64,000 nucleotides of DNA from Alkalispirochaeta sp. (GCA_965601925.1 OZ271854.1:3360001-3424000), one strand, 5' to 3'; counted from the first letter of the stretch, positions 40,074 through 50,332 are shown. A program made the numbers and translations. Notes: generated by a model from the sequence alone, not told the origin.

Positions 40074-41500
40074 CCGACAAGATCATCGAAGGAACGAGGA
40101 ACGGCGAACCGCGTCGCCGGTTGGTTCTTGGGCTTCTGTGTACCGCATTCTTCACCGTCGTGACCGATTCGACGAGTGTGTTTACGGCGCTCCCGTCGAT
40201 CCAAAGCGATGTCGACTTCAACGGTTTGGGCGTCCACTGGGTGGTTACCGCGTTTGCTCTGACCTCCGGAGGCTTTTTGTTGCTGGGAGGGAGGCTCTCC
40301 GACCACCTGGGGCGAAGGCGCATGTTCTTGTGTGGAACGGGAATCTTCGCGGCGGCGTCGTTTCTGTGCGGGGTCGCGTGGTCGCCGGTGGTGTTGATTC
40401 TCGCCCGCGCCGTACAAGGTGCGGCGGGAGCGATCACTACGCCGGCGGCCCTCTCCATTCTACTGCGAACCTTCCCCGACGGGCCGAGCCGTAACAGGGC
40501 GCTCGGTATCTGGGGCGCCTTGGGTGGGATTGGAGCCACTGCGGGTCTATTGCTGGGCGGACCGGTTACGGAGTTCCTCGGGTGGGAGTGGATCTTCTTC
40601 GTCAACATACCTTTGGGAATCGCGGTTCTCATCGCGGGACGACTGGTGCTGGAGCCCGACGAACGGCGATCGCGCGAGACGCCTCGCTTCGATATAGCGG
40701 GAGCGCTCGCGGTTACCGGCGCACTCACCGTACTCGTTCATACCATCGTCGGTATTCCGCGCTACGGCTTGTCCGACACACGCACCCTCGGCGGGGGAGT
40801 CGCATGCGCGTTGTTGTTCGGTCTCTTCGTACACATCGAACGTCGGTCGGCGGCGCCCCTCGTGCCGTTTCGAATCTTCAGCTCACCGGTTCTGGTCGGC
40901 GGAAACGTGGTCGTGCTGGTTGCCGGTATGGCCGTCGACGGGATGTTGTACCTCTTCACCGTCTATTCCCAAGCCGTGTTGGGATACTCGGCGTTGCAGT
41001 TCGGCCTTACGATGACCGTCATGACCGGCTCGTCCGTCGTCGCCGTCTATCTCGGCCAGGAACTCGTGAGCAGATTCGGGTTTCGAGTCGTCGCCTCAGT
41101 CGGTATGGGCCTTCTCAGCCTCGCGTCTCTCCTTCTTGCCCGTTCGGCGGAACGAGGTGGGGCGGCCGCAGTTCCCGCGCTCCTCATTTTCGGCATCGGC
41201 ATGGGAGCCGCCTTCGTCGCGTCTCAAATCGCCGCGCTGAGCGACGTCGCCCCATCCGACGAGGGGCTCGCGGCGGGGATCGAGGAGACGTCCTTTGCAA
41301 TCGGTAGCCCCCTGGGGGTGGCGGTCGTCGCAGCCGTCTCTCGTACCTATGCCGATCGACCCGACGGATCGAACCTATCCGGCGTGACCGACGGGTTCGT
41401 CGTAGCCTTTGCCGCCGTTGCGCTTCTCACGACTATCGGACTCGTCGTGGCGACCCTACCCTTGAAACGAAGCACGACGATCTCCTCGACGAATCGATAG
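40070..41500 (+). CDS. MFS drug efflux transporter (DHA2, 14 TM)
   Basis: GGRLSDHLGRRR, ARAVQGAAGA, WEWIFFVNIPLG. Confidence 0.92.
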   Translation: MTDKIIEGTRNGEPRRRLVLGLLCTAFFTVVTDSTSVFTALPSIQSDVDFNGLGVHWVVTAFALTSGGFLLLGGRLSDHLGRRRMFLCGTGIFAAASFLCGVAWSPVVLILARAVQGAAGAITTPAALSILLRTFPDGPSRNRALGIWGALGGIGATAGLLLGGPVTEFLGWEWIFFVNIPLGIAVLIAGRLVLEPDERRSRETPRFDIAGALAVTGALTVLVHTIVGIPRYGLSDTRTLGGGVACALLFGLFVHIERRSAAPLVPFRIFSSPVLVGGNVVVLVAGMAVDGMLYLFTVYSQAVLGYSALQFGLTMTVMTGSSVVAVYLGQELVSRFGFRVVASVGMGLLSLASLLLARSAERGGAAAVPALLIFGIGMGAAFVASQIAALSDVAPSDEGLAAGIEETSFAIGSPLGVAVVAAVSRTYADRPDGSNLSGVTDGFVVAFAAVALLTTIGLVVATLPLKRSTTISSTNR

Positions 41501-41625
41501 CGCCCGTAGCGCGCGGTCGCGGTGCGCCCGCTGCACGCGCCGCGATCGCCGCCGACGGGCCGGTCGCACCTCCTGCGTTCGGGTCGAGCCCAACCTCGAG
41601 ATTCTCCGCTTTCAGTCCGACGCAG

Positions 41626-41653
41626 TAAGATGCACCAACTAAGATGCACCAAC
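41626..41653. repeat. Perfect tandem duplication of a 14-mer
   Basis: TAAGATGCACCAAC x2. Confidence 0.9.
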
Positions 41654-41833
41654 ATAGAGGGCGACGCCGAGAAAGGTGCGAAATACCGACTTCACGACGG
41701 GTAACGACGGGCACACGCGACGGCGCTTTTTTGCGCTCCGACGATTCCCGCTCTTCGGGCACGGCAAAACGGTGCATGACTTGTAGGACGTACGGGACCA
41801 TACTTTCATCCAACGGGAGGATAGTAGGTGTGT

Positions 41834-42703
41834 ATGCAATGGCACGAAAAGATGAACGCCGCGGTCGACTACATCGAGGCGAACCTGACCGGCCAAATCG
41901 ATATTCTGCGGGCTGCGGGAATCGCCCACTGCTCGGAGTACCACTTTAGGCGCATGTTCGCCTTTGTGGCGGGTGTGCCGGTATCGGCGTACATCCGCCG
42001 GCGACGGTTGACCCTCGCGGCGTTGGATCTACACGCGAGGCGCGGCAGCTTGGGCGATGTCGCGGCGAGATACGGCTACCGATCACCGGAATCGTTTGCG
42101 CGGGCTTTTTCGGCCGTGCACGGGGTCGGTCCTGCAACGGCGACCGACGGAACGGCCGCGTATATCACGTGGCCGCGCATAGCCTTTTATCTCACGATCA
42201 AAGGGGGAACGCACATGGACGTTCGATTAGAAAAGAGACCGGAGTTCACGATCGTCGGGTTCAAGTGGCGCGTACCGGTTCAGTTTGAAGGGGTCAACCC
42301 CGCGATGGAATCGGCGGTGAACAGCCTCTCCGACGACGATTGGGCGCTCCTCGAGCGGCTTGCGGACACCGGACCGGGCGTCGTGCAGGCGATAACGAAC
42401 TTCGACGAGGCCCGCGCCGATGGGCGCGGCGAGTGCGACTATTACATCGGCGCCGCGACGAGCAGACCTGCGGGCGACCATGCGACCCTGCCGGTTCCGG
42501 CCGTTACATGGGCGATCTTCCGCTCCGTCGGGCCCTTTCCGCAGGCCCTGCAGCGAACGTGGGGCCGCATTTACGCTGAGTGGTTGCCGTCGGTGGATTA
42601 CGAATTGGCGGACGGTCCGGAGCTCTTGCGAACGCTGGACGAGGATACCGCCAAACAGGACCTCGCGTGCGACATCTGGGTTCCCGTTCGGAGGCGAATA
42701 TGA
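41834..42703 (+). CDS. AraC family regulator with GyrI-like/effector-binding domain
   Basis: AVDYIEANL, SEYHFRRMF, YIRRRRLTLAA, RIYAEWLPSVDYE. Confidence 0.92.
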   Translation: MQWHEKMNAAVDYIEANLTGQIDILRAAGIAHCSEYHFRRMFAFVAGVPVSAYIRRRRLTLAALDLHARRGSLGDVAARYGYRSPESFARAFSAVHGVGPATATDGTAAYITWPRIAFYLTIKGGTHMDVRLEKRPEFTIVGFKWRVPVQFEGVNPAMESAVNSLSDDDWALLERLADTGPGVVQAITNFDEARADGRGECDYYIGAATSRPAGDHATLPVPAVTWAIFRSVGPFPQALQRTWGRIYAEWLPSVDYELADGPELLRTLDEDTAKQDLACDIWVPVRRRI

Positions 42704-43050
42704 AGATCAATCACGTCAATCTCACCGTCGCCGATGCTCAAGGTTCGCGGCGCTTTTTCGAGCGCTACCTCGGGCTCGTGCCCATGGAGGGAACCTCCGA
42801 TACGAGTCGATTTGTGGGTCTTCGCGATAGCGGCGGGTTTGTTCTCTCGCTCATGCAGCCGAACGATGGGACGGCCGTCTCGTATCCCGATTCATTTCAC
42901 ATCGGATTTTTGGATGTCGGCATTGAACGGACGCGGGCTTTGTACCGACGTCTCAAAGACGACGAGTATGCGGTTAATCCTCCGGGTTTTTTTCGTGAGA
43001 ACGAGTTTTACTTTCACACGCCGTGGGGATTCACGGTACAGGTTTCGTAG
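42700..43050 (+). CDS. VOC/glyoxalase family protein
   Basis: INHVNLTVAD..FFERYLG, FHIGF; ATGA overlap with AraC. Confidence 0.9.
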   Translation: MKINHVNLTVADAQGSRRFFERYLGLVPMEGTSDTSRFVGLRDSGGFVLSLMQPNDGTAVSYPDSFHIGFLDVGIERTRALYRRLKDDEYAVNPPGFFRENEFYFHTPWGFTVQVS

Positions 43051-43078
43051 GAACCCGATCTATCTTCGGCGCGTGCTC

Positions 43079-43285
43079 CTATGTACCCGTGACTCGGTGA
43101 CTTTCACAACGCTGAACGATGATCGTCTCTACCGCTACGATGAATGTCGATGCGCATACGCGACGACCGACGACCCTCACATGGGCCGCGGCGGCATCCC
43201 GCGCGTCGAACACTGCATGAATATGGGGCGTTAGGCCGCGCTCTTCGACCATGCGCAGGAGGCGTTCGATGACGACGGCGCCCAT
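43079..43285 (-). pseudogene. Remnant resembling the C-terminus of an MDR/quinone oxidoreductase
   Basis: IERLLRMVEERGLTPHIHAVFDARDAAAAH matches the terminal motif of MDR reductases; the rest is missing. Confidence 0.45.
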
Positions 43286-43315
43286 GGATGAATGACAGGT
43301 CCCGTCGGGAGTCGT

Positions 43316-44017
43316 TCAGATTCCGGTCTGGCTCCGCGATAGACGTTCTCGCCGTCGCCAATGTTCGAACAGCGCCGCGTGGGACGTCGGAATCGACGCC
43401 GTCGAAGGAGACCACTCCGATATGCGATCGGTCCGGAAATGGCGGAAGTCGGAGCGTAGTTCGCACCACGCCGCGACGAGTTGTGAGGTTTCGAAGTACC
43501 CAATCGCCACGGGCCATATCGTGCGATCACTCGGTGTTCCGGCGGCGTCCCGGTATCGAATGCGAACTTTCCGCTCCGACCGGATCGACCTCCGGACGTA
43601 TCGCAGAAGCGCGTCGTCGACCGCAGACCGCTCGGCGTGCCCGATTACAAGACCGGCATCGCGTGCCACCTCTTCGACGGTGCGTATGCCGGTCGCCGAA
43701 ATCTTGTCGAGAGCGCTTCGCGAAGCGGTACCGAGAGCCGTATCGCCGTACGCGGCCACCCAACGGAGACCGAGGGCGAGGGCATCGATCTCGTCGCGGG
43801 TGAACGCGAGGGGAGGGAGCGTGTATCCATCACGCAACATGTACCCGACTCCCGCCTCACCTTCGATCGGTATCCCTTGGCGCCGGAGGGACGCTATATC
43901 GCGATAGATGGTACGCACGCTGACTCGGAACTCTCTCGACAGTTCGTGGGCCGTCACGGCGAACTCCCGTCTGAGGAAGAGGCTATTGAGCTGAAAGAGC
44001 CGTTCCGATCTCGTCAC
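43316..44017 (-). CDS. YafY-like HTH + WYL domain regulator
   Basis: RSERLFQL, VSVRTIYRDI, GEAGVGY, AWCELRSDFRHFRTDRI. Confidence 0.92.
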   Translation of the reverse strand: MTRSERLFQLNSLFLRREFAVTAHELSREFRVSVRTIYRDIASLRRQGIPIEGEAGVGYMLRDGYTLPPLAFTRDEIDALALGLRWVAAYGDTALGTASRSALDKISATGIRTVEEVARDAGLVIGHAERSAVDDALLRYVRRSIRSERKVRIRYRDAAGTPSDRTIWPVAIGYFETSQLVAAWCELRSDFRHFRTDRISEWSPSTASIPTSHAALFEHWRRRERLSRSQTGI

Positions 44018-44252
44018 TACCCATTTCTCGCAGAGATGTAGTCGAGGAGTCGGTTCGAAGGTACAGCGCTCACCGCGTTGAGTCCACCGCAGGCGCGGAC
44101 TGCCCAACGTTCTGCGGGACACCGTCTCGACTCCTCGCCGCCGCCCTCATCGAATCGGATACGTCGCAACCTCGATACGTATTGATACACGGCGGTCGGG
44201 AGCGATACGGTGAGGGAGAGGTTACACTCGAGAAAGGAAGGAAACTTCCGCT

Positions 44253-44618
44253 ATGATGTACATAGGACACGTATCGAAGCTCACCGGCGCCACACCGAAG
44301 GCCATCCGCCTCTACGAACGTATGGGGCTCATACCAACACCGCATCGCAAAGGGCGGTATCGTGTGTACACCGACCGCGACGTTCAATTGATCACGGTTA
44401 TCAAGAGGGCTCAAAGTTTCGGATTCCGGCTCGCGGAGATGAAGGAGTTGGTTCGCGGGCTCTCCTCGTGCGACGACTTTCCGTGGGAGCGAGCCGCCGT
44501 CTTGTTCACGCGCAAAATACGAACCGTCGATGCGCAGATCGCCCGACTGCAGACCCTCCATGACGAGCTGCGGAGCTTTGTGACGTTGCTCGAGGCGAAG
44601 CGGTGTAGCGACTCGTAA
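44253..44618 (+). CDS. MerR family regulator
   Basis: IGHVSKLTGATPKAIRLYERMGLI, RAQSFGFRLAEMKEL. Confidence 0.92.
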   Translation: MMYIGHVSKLTGATPKAIRLYERMGLIPTPHRKGRYRVYTDRDVQLITVIKRAQSFGFRLAEMKELVRGLSSCDDFPWERAAVLFTRKIRTVDAQIARLQTLHDELRSFVTLLEAKRCSDS

Positions 44619-44625
44619 AAACTCC

Positions 44626-44657
44626 TTGACTCTGCCCTTAGGGACAGACGGTACGTT
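44626..44657 (+). promoter_or_regulatory. MerR-type long-spacer promoter
   Basis: TTGACT-N20-TACGTT with imperfect dyad TCTGCCCTTAGGGACAGA across the spacer. Confidence 0.7.
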
Positions 44658-44689
44658 CCGCTCAGAAGACATACCGTAGGAGGGAGAAG

Positions 44690-45313
44690 ATGGTCAAAAC
44701 AGTGATTATCAACGGCAATCCGAAGAGCAACAGCTTCTGCAAAGCCGTAGCGAATTCGTATGCGGACGGTGCCGCGGGCGCCGGCGCCGATGTCGAGATC
44801 ATGCACATCGGCGACATGAAGTTCGATCCGAACTTAAAAGAGGGATACGATGAGATCCCGCCGTTGGAGGCGGATCTCAAGAGGGCGGATGAGGCGATCG
44901 GAGATGCCGACCATATCGTCATCATTTCGCCGACGTGGTGGGGTACCGTCCCTGCGAAGTTAAAGGGACTGTTCGATCGCATTCTCCTTCCCGGAGTTGC
45001 GTTTGCATTCGATTCCGGCACGCCCTTTCCGCGAAGACTGCTCGCCGGAAAAACGGCTCGCATAATCGTTACGACCGACGCTCCCGTTTGGTATCATCGG
45101 TTTGTGTCGGGCGATCCGGTGGTGAAAACGGTAAAAGGGCTTACCCTCGAGTTTTGCGGCGTCGCGGTTACCGGTGTTTCGCGGTTCGGTCCGATCAAAA
45201 GATCTACGGATTCCCTCCGTGCAACGTGGCTACGCGCGGTGCGCGACACAGGCGCTCGTGACGCTGCACGCTTGCGAGCAAAACGACGGGGATCTCGACG
45301 CCGCGCGGCGTGA
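44690..45313 (+). CDS. Flavodoxin-fold NAD(P)H dehydrogenase (quinone) family
   Basis: GNPKSNSFC, PTWWGTVPAKLKGLFDR. Confidence 0.9.
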   Translation: MVKTVIINGNPKSNSFCKAVANSYADGAAGAGADVEIMHIGDMKFDPNLKEGYDEIPPLEADLKRADEAIGDADHIVIISPTWWGTVPAKLKGLFDRILLPGVAFAFDSGTPFPRRLLAGKTARIIVTTDAPVWYHRFVSGDPVVKTVKGLTLEFCGVAVTGVSRFGPIKRSTDSLRATWLRAVRDTGARDAARLRAKRRGSRRRAA

Positions 45314-45403
45314 TCTCGTATCGCACGGGAATCGAAAAGGGACCGCATTCGGTGGAAGTTCGCGTACACGGCACGACCGTACCGTGTGGGCCGGCCGTCG
45401 CCT

Positions 45404-47572
45404 CTACACTGTCTTGAACCGCGAGACTTCGTTATTAAGCGATGCCGCGGCGTCGCGGAGGCGGCGGCTCTCCGTTGCGAGTAGTTGCATCGATGAGCGT
45501 ATGCCCTCGGAGTTGGAGACGATCTCTCCGACGCCCCTTGTGACGACCGCCGACACGTCGCGTAGAACGGTCTGGGTTTTCAGCATGAGGTCCGTACCGG
45601 TCCGAATCTCCTCCGACCCCGCCTTGACGCTCGCCGTTACGTCGTTCAACTCGCCTACCGCGTTGGTGATCTCGCCGCCGCCGCTGCTCAACTCTCTGGT
45701 CGTCCCGTTAATTTCGGTAAAGGCGTCGAGTGCGCCGCGTACCTCACCGACGATGAGATCGAAGTCTTTCGCCGTCTGACGCTGATTCTTGCTCGTATCT
45801 TCAACCGAGGAGATAATCGCCTGCAGCGTCTCGGTGATCTGTTTTGAGCTTCGCCCCGCCTCGTCGGCGAGTTTGCGAATCTCCGCGGCGACGACGGCAA
45901 ATCCGCGTCCCGCGTCGCCGGCGTGCGCCGCCTCGATGGCCGCATTCATGCTCAGTAGATTCGTCTGAGCTGCGATGTTTTCAATGGATTTCGTCATGTC
46001 GCGTATCTGATCGATGCGCGCTACGACACCGTCGTAGAAGTTGCGGTTGGTCGCTTCGAATTGCGACTTGCCGCGCATTACCACGTCGGTAAGCTGTTCT
46101 ACGCTCTTCGTTTTGCGTTCGGTTATGGCCGCTACATTGTCGATCGAACTCATTATCTCGGTGATTGCGGCGCCGGTCTGTTCGACCATCGTCGCCTGGC
46201 TACTCATCTGATCGATCATTCCTCGGATGTTGTGCGTAATCTCCTCTACGGAGGTCACCGAGGTCCCGACCGCCGACTCGAGCCGATCCATTTGCTCCTC
46301 GATGGAGGCGATGTTCGTGACGATCTCGTTCATCGAGGTGTTCGTCTCATCGATGGATGATGTGAGCTCATCGGAGGCTCGTTGTTCCATCTCCGACGCG
46401 TTTTTGATATTGACCACCAATGCACAGATCTTCCCGACGAAGGTATTAAAGTTATCGGCGAGGCGTCGGATGTCGTCTTTGGTATCGACCGCCAGATGTA
46501 CCGTGAGATCTCCGTCTCCTTCGGCGAGATCGCCCAAGCTTCGAGACACGAAGTTGAGAGGAGTAAGAATAGTACGCGCCGATATCAGGAATGCCGCGCC
46601 CAGTATGATGAGAAAGATACCCCCCGTGACGAGCAGAGGCGTGACGACGGCTGAAAAGGTCTCCTGCACGATGATTTGCTTATCCGCGACGAGAAGCACG
46701 CCCCACTCGGATACGCTGGGCACGCGCCCCGTGCGAATCATCACCGTGCCGGCTCCGTCGGTAAGATCACCCTCAAAGTAAAACGACGACTCCGAGGAGA
46801 TCTCCGCGCGTAACGCCGCCGCTTCGGTGGCGTCGTAGCCGAAATCGGCAACCACGCGTTCCAGAGGAGTTCCCCACGCCGCGCGGTCCTCACTCCATAT
46901 GAGATCGGATCCGCGGTCGGAGAAGATCGAAAAGGAGGCGCCGTACTCCCGTCGCGTCTGTTCGTGGATGCGTTCGATCCAGGCAAAGCCCGTATCGAGG
47001 GCCGCAACTCCCAACAGCCGCCCATCGCGCGTTATCGGATGGGCGAGGCTAATCACCAACTCCTCGGCGGCGTCGCCCTCGGCGGTAAGATACGGATCGG
47101 TGATGAGAAGTCGGCCGGTACGCGCCGTCTCGACGTACCACGGACGTGTGCGGGCGTCGAAATCCGCCGGAAGGTCGAGCCACAGATTGGCAAACACCGA
47201 CGCGTCGGCCTCCGAGCCCACATACAGAAGGTTTATCCCGTCGCTGGAACCGAGGTTTTGCATGATCGTACGCTGGACCGCCCACTCCGCCGAGTTATAG
47301 TCCGACTCGGTTTCGATTTCCGGCAGGCGCCGCGTCACCTCGGCGATCGGATCGAGTAACGCCAGGTTCCCGAGTAGTTGGGATCGCTCTCGGAGCGTCG
47401 CATCGATCCGGTGTACCACTTGTTCGGTGATTAAACCGAGTCGCTCCTGCTCCGAACGAAATACCCGATTGTAGTTGAGCACTCCCAAGGCGACGGTAAT
47501 CGCCGCGAAAATGATCAAGGGGACAATGAGGTTAAATATGAGGAGCTTGAACAGGGTTGGGCGATAGCGCAT
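45404..47572 (-). CDS. Methyl-accepting chemotaxis protein with dCache sensor
   Basis: 2 TM, FDARTRPWY/TDPY Cache motifs, [31 protein letters not shown]. Confidence 0.95.
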   Translation of the reverse strand: MRYRPTLFKLLIFNLIVPLIIFAAITVALGVLNYNRVFRSEQERLGLITEQVVHRIDATLRERSQLLGNLALLDPIAEVTRRLPEIETESDYNSAEWAVQRTIMQNLGSSDGINLLYVGSEADASVFANLWLDLPADFDARTRPWYVETARTGRLLITDPYLTAEGDAAEELVISLAHPITRDGRLLGVAALDTGFAWIERIHEQTRREYGASFSIFSDRGSDLIWSEDRAAWGTPLERVVADFGYDATEAAALRAEISSESSFYFEGDLTDGAGTVMIRTGRVPSVSEWGVLLVADKQIIVQETFSAVVTPLLVTGGIFLIILGAAFLISARTILTPLNFVSRSLGDLAEGDGDLTVHLAVDTKDDIRRLADNFNTFVGKICALVVNIKNASEMEQRASDELTSSIDETNTSMNEIVTNIASIEEQMDRLESAVGTSVTSVEEITHNIRGMIDQMSSQATMVEQTGAAITEIMSSIDNVAAITERKTKSVEQLTDVVMRGKSQFEATNRNFYDGVVARIDQIRDMTKSIENIAAQTNLLSMNAAIEAAHAGDAGRGFAVVAAEIRKLADEAGRSSKQITETLQAIISSVEDTSKNQRQTAKDFDLIVGEVRGALDAFTEINGTTRELSSGGGEITNAVGELNDVTASVKAGSEEIRTGTDLMLKTQTVLRDVSAVVTRGVGEIVSNSEGIRSSMQLLATESRRLRDAAASLNNEVSRFKTV

Positions 47573-47627
47573 AGCATTTCTCCGCCTACAGTCGAGCTTA
47601 TGAACGTTTCACCAGTATATATAGTTT

Positions 47628-47655
47628 ACATCGTGTATTTAGCCAATAGTGTTTA
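47628..47655 (-). promoter_or_regulatory. Sigma28-like promoter of the MCP gene
   Basis: TAAA-N16-CACGATGT on the minus strand. Confidence 0.45.
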
Positions 47656-47926
47656 AACTATACCTCCCGGAAGCTGGTGGGACGCCGCAGGGCACTCGAT
47701 CCCCGATCGGTCGACGATTCCGGCTCGAGGGCGGGGCGCGGAAAAAGCGTTCAATGTCGTGTTCGATTTTGTACCGTTTCCAGTTGTTCCATCGATTCGA
47801 CGTGCGGTGTGTGTGATCTTCTTTCACGCCGGCGACACGACGGAGCTGCGAGCACCTCCGAACGCGGCGGACGCCTGCTGATGATCGCTTGTGTCGGAAG
47901 CGAAAATACGTTACAGATATTGGAGC

Positions 47927-48913
47927 ATGGCTGAAACAACGCATACTCGACCTACCATTCGCGATGTAGCGGCCGCCGCCGCAGTATCGGTGGGTACGGT
48001 GAGCCGGGTTCTGAATCGCCATCCGAATGTACACGAACGGACGCGCAGCCGCGTGCTTGAGGCCATGCGCGCGATGGGCTACGAGCCGGTATTCGCCGCC
48101 CAGGAGCTCGGCCGCGGCGCACGTCCGAGAATCGGCCTGTCGACCTCTGCAGGAACTCGACGTCTCGTTCCCTTTTTTCAAGTCTTTCGGGAACATTTGA
48201 CCCGGTCGATAGCCAACGACGGACTCTGGTTCACCGAGATATCGACGGGTCAGGACGGTTTACCGGAGTTTCTCGCCGACGGGATGGTGTTGTTCGGCAG
48301 CCACGATGACGATGCGCGGGTATTGTACCTGAAGGAGCGTGACGTGCCGTTTGTGCTGCTCGGCGCTCATCCCGACTGCTTTTCGGTCTCTTCCGACGAC
48401 TTTAGCGGCGGAGTATTGGCCGCGGAGCACCTTTTGCGACTGGATCACCGCGACATTCTGGTGTTATCCGGCGAACTGTCGGGTCAAGCTTCCCGCGATC
48501 GACTGGACGGTGCGCTCCATGTATTCGAGAAGCACGGAGTGGAGCTCCCCCGCGACAGCATCATCGATACGGAGATGACGTCGCTGGAGGGGTATCGCGC
48601 GACCCTTCGCGCTCTGGACGACGGATCCACGTGTACGGCGATTCTCGCCGCCGCCGATGAGCTGGCGGTCGGCGCCCGCACCGCATGCCTCGATAGGGGG
48701 CTGCGCGTTCCCAGAGATATGTCGATCGTCGGCTTCGACGATCTTCCGGAGATCGGGGAAGAGCTCACTACCATACATCAAGATTTTCAGGCGTTGGCCG
48801 ACACCGTCATTCGTCTGCTGCGTCGCGCAATCGAGGGAGAGCAGCCGGAACAGATCCGCGTCCCGGTGCGGTTAGTAACCCGCGGTTCAACGAGTCGTCG
48901 ATATTCCGCTTGA
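47927..48913 (+). CDS. LacI family regulator
   Basis: TIRDVAAAAAVSVGTVSRVLN, VPRDMSIVGFDD, LTTIHQ. Confidence 0.95.
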   Translation: MAETTHTRPTIRDVAAAAAVSVGTVSRVLNRHPNVHERTRSRVLEAMRAMGYEPVFAAQELGRGARPRIGLSTSAGTRRLVPFFQVFREHLTRSIANDGLWFTEISTGQDGLPEFLADGMVLFGSHDDDARVLYLKERDVPFVLLGAHPDCFSVSSDDFSGGVLAAEHLLRLDHRDILVLSGELSGQASRDRLDGALHVFEKHGVELPRDSIIDTEMTSLEGYRATLRALDDGSTCTAILAAADELAVGARTACLDRGLRVPRDMSIVGFDDLPEIGEELTTIHQDFQALADTVIRLLRRAIEGEQPEQIRVPVRLVTRGSTSRRYSA

Positions 48914-48964
48914 CGTGCCCTTCAGAGGCGGTATAATCCAATGAGGAATTGGAAACGATTCCAA
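48910..48964 (+). promoter_or_regulatory. Sigma70 promoter and LacI-type operator of the sugar ABC operon
   Basis: TTGACG-N16-TATAAT; near-palindrome TTGGAAACGATTCCAA (48949-48964) with central CG. Confidence 0.8.
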
Positions 48965-48982
48965 AAGTTCAAGGAGGGCTGT

Positions 48983-50254
48983 ATGAAGATTTTTCGCCTC
49001 GTGTGCACGGTGGTTATGGCATGCGCATTGCTCGCCTCGGCGTTCGCCGGAGGAGCGTCCGAAAGCCCGGCGTCCGGGGATGACACCGTTACGGTGCGTA
49101 TCATGGGGTACGGCGGACCGGATCCCGCAATTGTGGTACGTCTTTTGGACGAAGTGATCGGCGCGGAGTTGGCGGCGGAGGGAATTGAACTGGTATACGA
49201 GCCCTTCGAAGGTGACTACAACGCACAGCTCTTCAATGCACTATCGGCGGGTACCGCAGGCGATATCGTCTACATTCCCGGCGAGACCGCCCCGGGCATT
49301 ATCGCGACGGGGCAGATACTCCCCATAGACGAGTACATCGATGCCGAACCCTATCTCGACTCGTTGATTGATATCTTCGTCGTCGACGGATCGCTGTACG
49401 GAATCCCAAAGGATTTCAACACGCTCGCGTTGCATTACAACCGCGATCTCTTTGATGAGGCGGGCGTCGCCTATCCCGACGAGACCGACACGTGGGACAC
49501 GCTGCGGGACAAACTGGCCGCCGTATCCGCCCTTGGACCCGATACATACGGTATCAGCATGCCGACCTTGTACGAGCGCTTCGGCTTTCTGCCGTTCTCA
49601 AACGGATGGTTGCAGTTCGATGCCGCCGGTGATTCGGACTTTCTCGATCCGCGCTTCGTCGATGCGATGGAATACCTGGTAGGATTGTATGACGACGGTA
49701 TCGCCGTACTACCGCAGGATCTCGGTCAGGGATGGAGCGGCGGTGCCTTGGCGACCGAGCGCGTCGGGGTCGCCGTGGAGGGTGCGTGGATACTCGGCTT
49801 TTTACGCGATCAAGCGCCCAATCTCTCGTTCGGTAGCGCGCCTCTCCCCCTCTCGCGAAGCGGAACGCGCGGAAACTTCGTCTACACCGTTGCATACGGT
49901 ATCAACGCCGCAACCGAGCACGTAGAAGAGGCCGTCGCCGTATTGAGGGCGCTGACCGGTATCGAGGCGCAGCAGTTTATTCTCGAGGAGGGATTGGCAA
50001 TCCCGAGCCGCGAGGCGCTGATTGATAACCCCTATTTTGATCGCGAGACGCCGGCGGCGCGGGCGAATCGCATCGTGTTCGAAGGAGCATCGGACGACCA
50101 CGTGCAGGGGTACCACTTCGGCGCGGTCGGTACCGACTGGTTTCAGCCGATCAACGCGGCGATTACCGCGGTCGTCACCGGGCAGGGTACGCTTTCCGAG
50201 GAGCTTCAGCGGGCACAAATCGATACCGAAGCGCTTATTGAGCGCAGCCGCTGA
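48983..50254 (+). CDS. Sugar ABC transporter substrate-binding protein
   Basis: Signal peptide ending AFAGGASE, LYGIPKDFNTLALHYNRDLFDEAG; AAGGAGG RBS. Confidence 0.92.
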   Translation: MKIFRLVCTVVMACALLASAFAGGASESPASGDDTVTVRIMGYGGPDPAIVVRLLDEVIGAELAAEGIELVYEPFEGDYNAQLFNALSAGTAGDIVYIPGETAPGIIATGQILPIDEYIDAEPYLDSLIDIFVVDGSLYGIPKDFNTLALHYNRDLFDEAGVAYPDETDTWDTLRDKLAAVSALGPDTYGISMPTLYERFGFLPFSNGWLQFDAAGDSDFLDPRFVDAMEYLVGLYDDGIAVLPQDLGQGWSGGALATERVGVAVEGAWILGFLRDQAPNLSFGSAPLPLSRSGTRGNFVYTVAYGINAATEHVEEAVAVLRALTGIEAQQFILEEGLAIPSREALIDNPYFDRETPAARANRIVFEGASDDHVQGYHFGAVGTDWFQPINAAITAVVTGQGTLSEELQRAQIDTEALIERSR

Positions 50255-50332
50255 CGAGCGAGCGGTTCTACGGTAATCACGCTCGACGGAAGACGATACG
50301 GTCGCGTCGAGCGGAATGGGGTGGGAAATACG

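Noticed and set aside
41626..41653. CRISPR repeat
   Set aside because: Only two adjacent 14-bp units, no spacers and no cas genes
41755..41810. c-di-GMP-I riboswitch suggested by GGCAAAAC
   Set aside because: No GNRA-capped stem, GCAAAGC or second stem matching the consensus
43316..44017. WYL protein as a marker of an anti-phage defence system
   Set aside because: It is the common YafY type among detoxification genes; no nuclease, methylase or other defence gene nearby
36534..45400. Integron cassette array
   Set aside because: Mixed gene orientations, genes have their own promoters, no repeated attC with paired RYYYAAC/GTTRRRY ends and no integrase; a lone GCCCAAC at 41588 is insufficient
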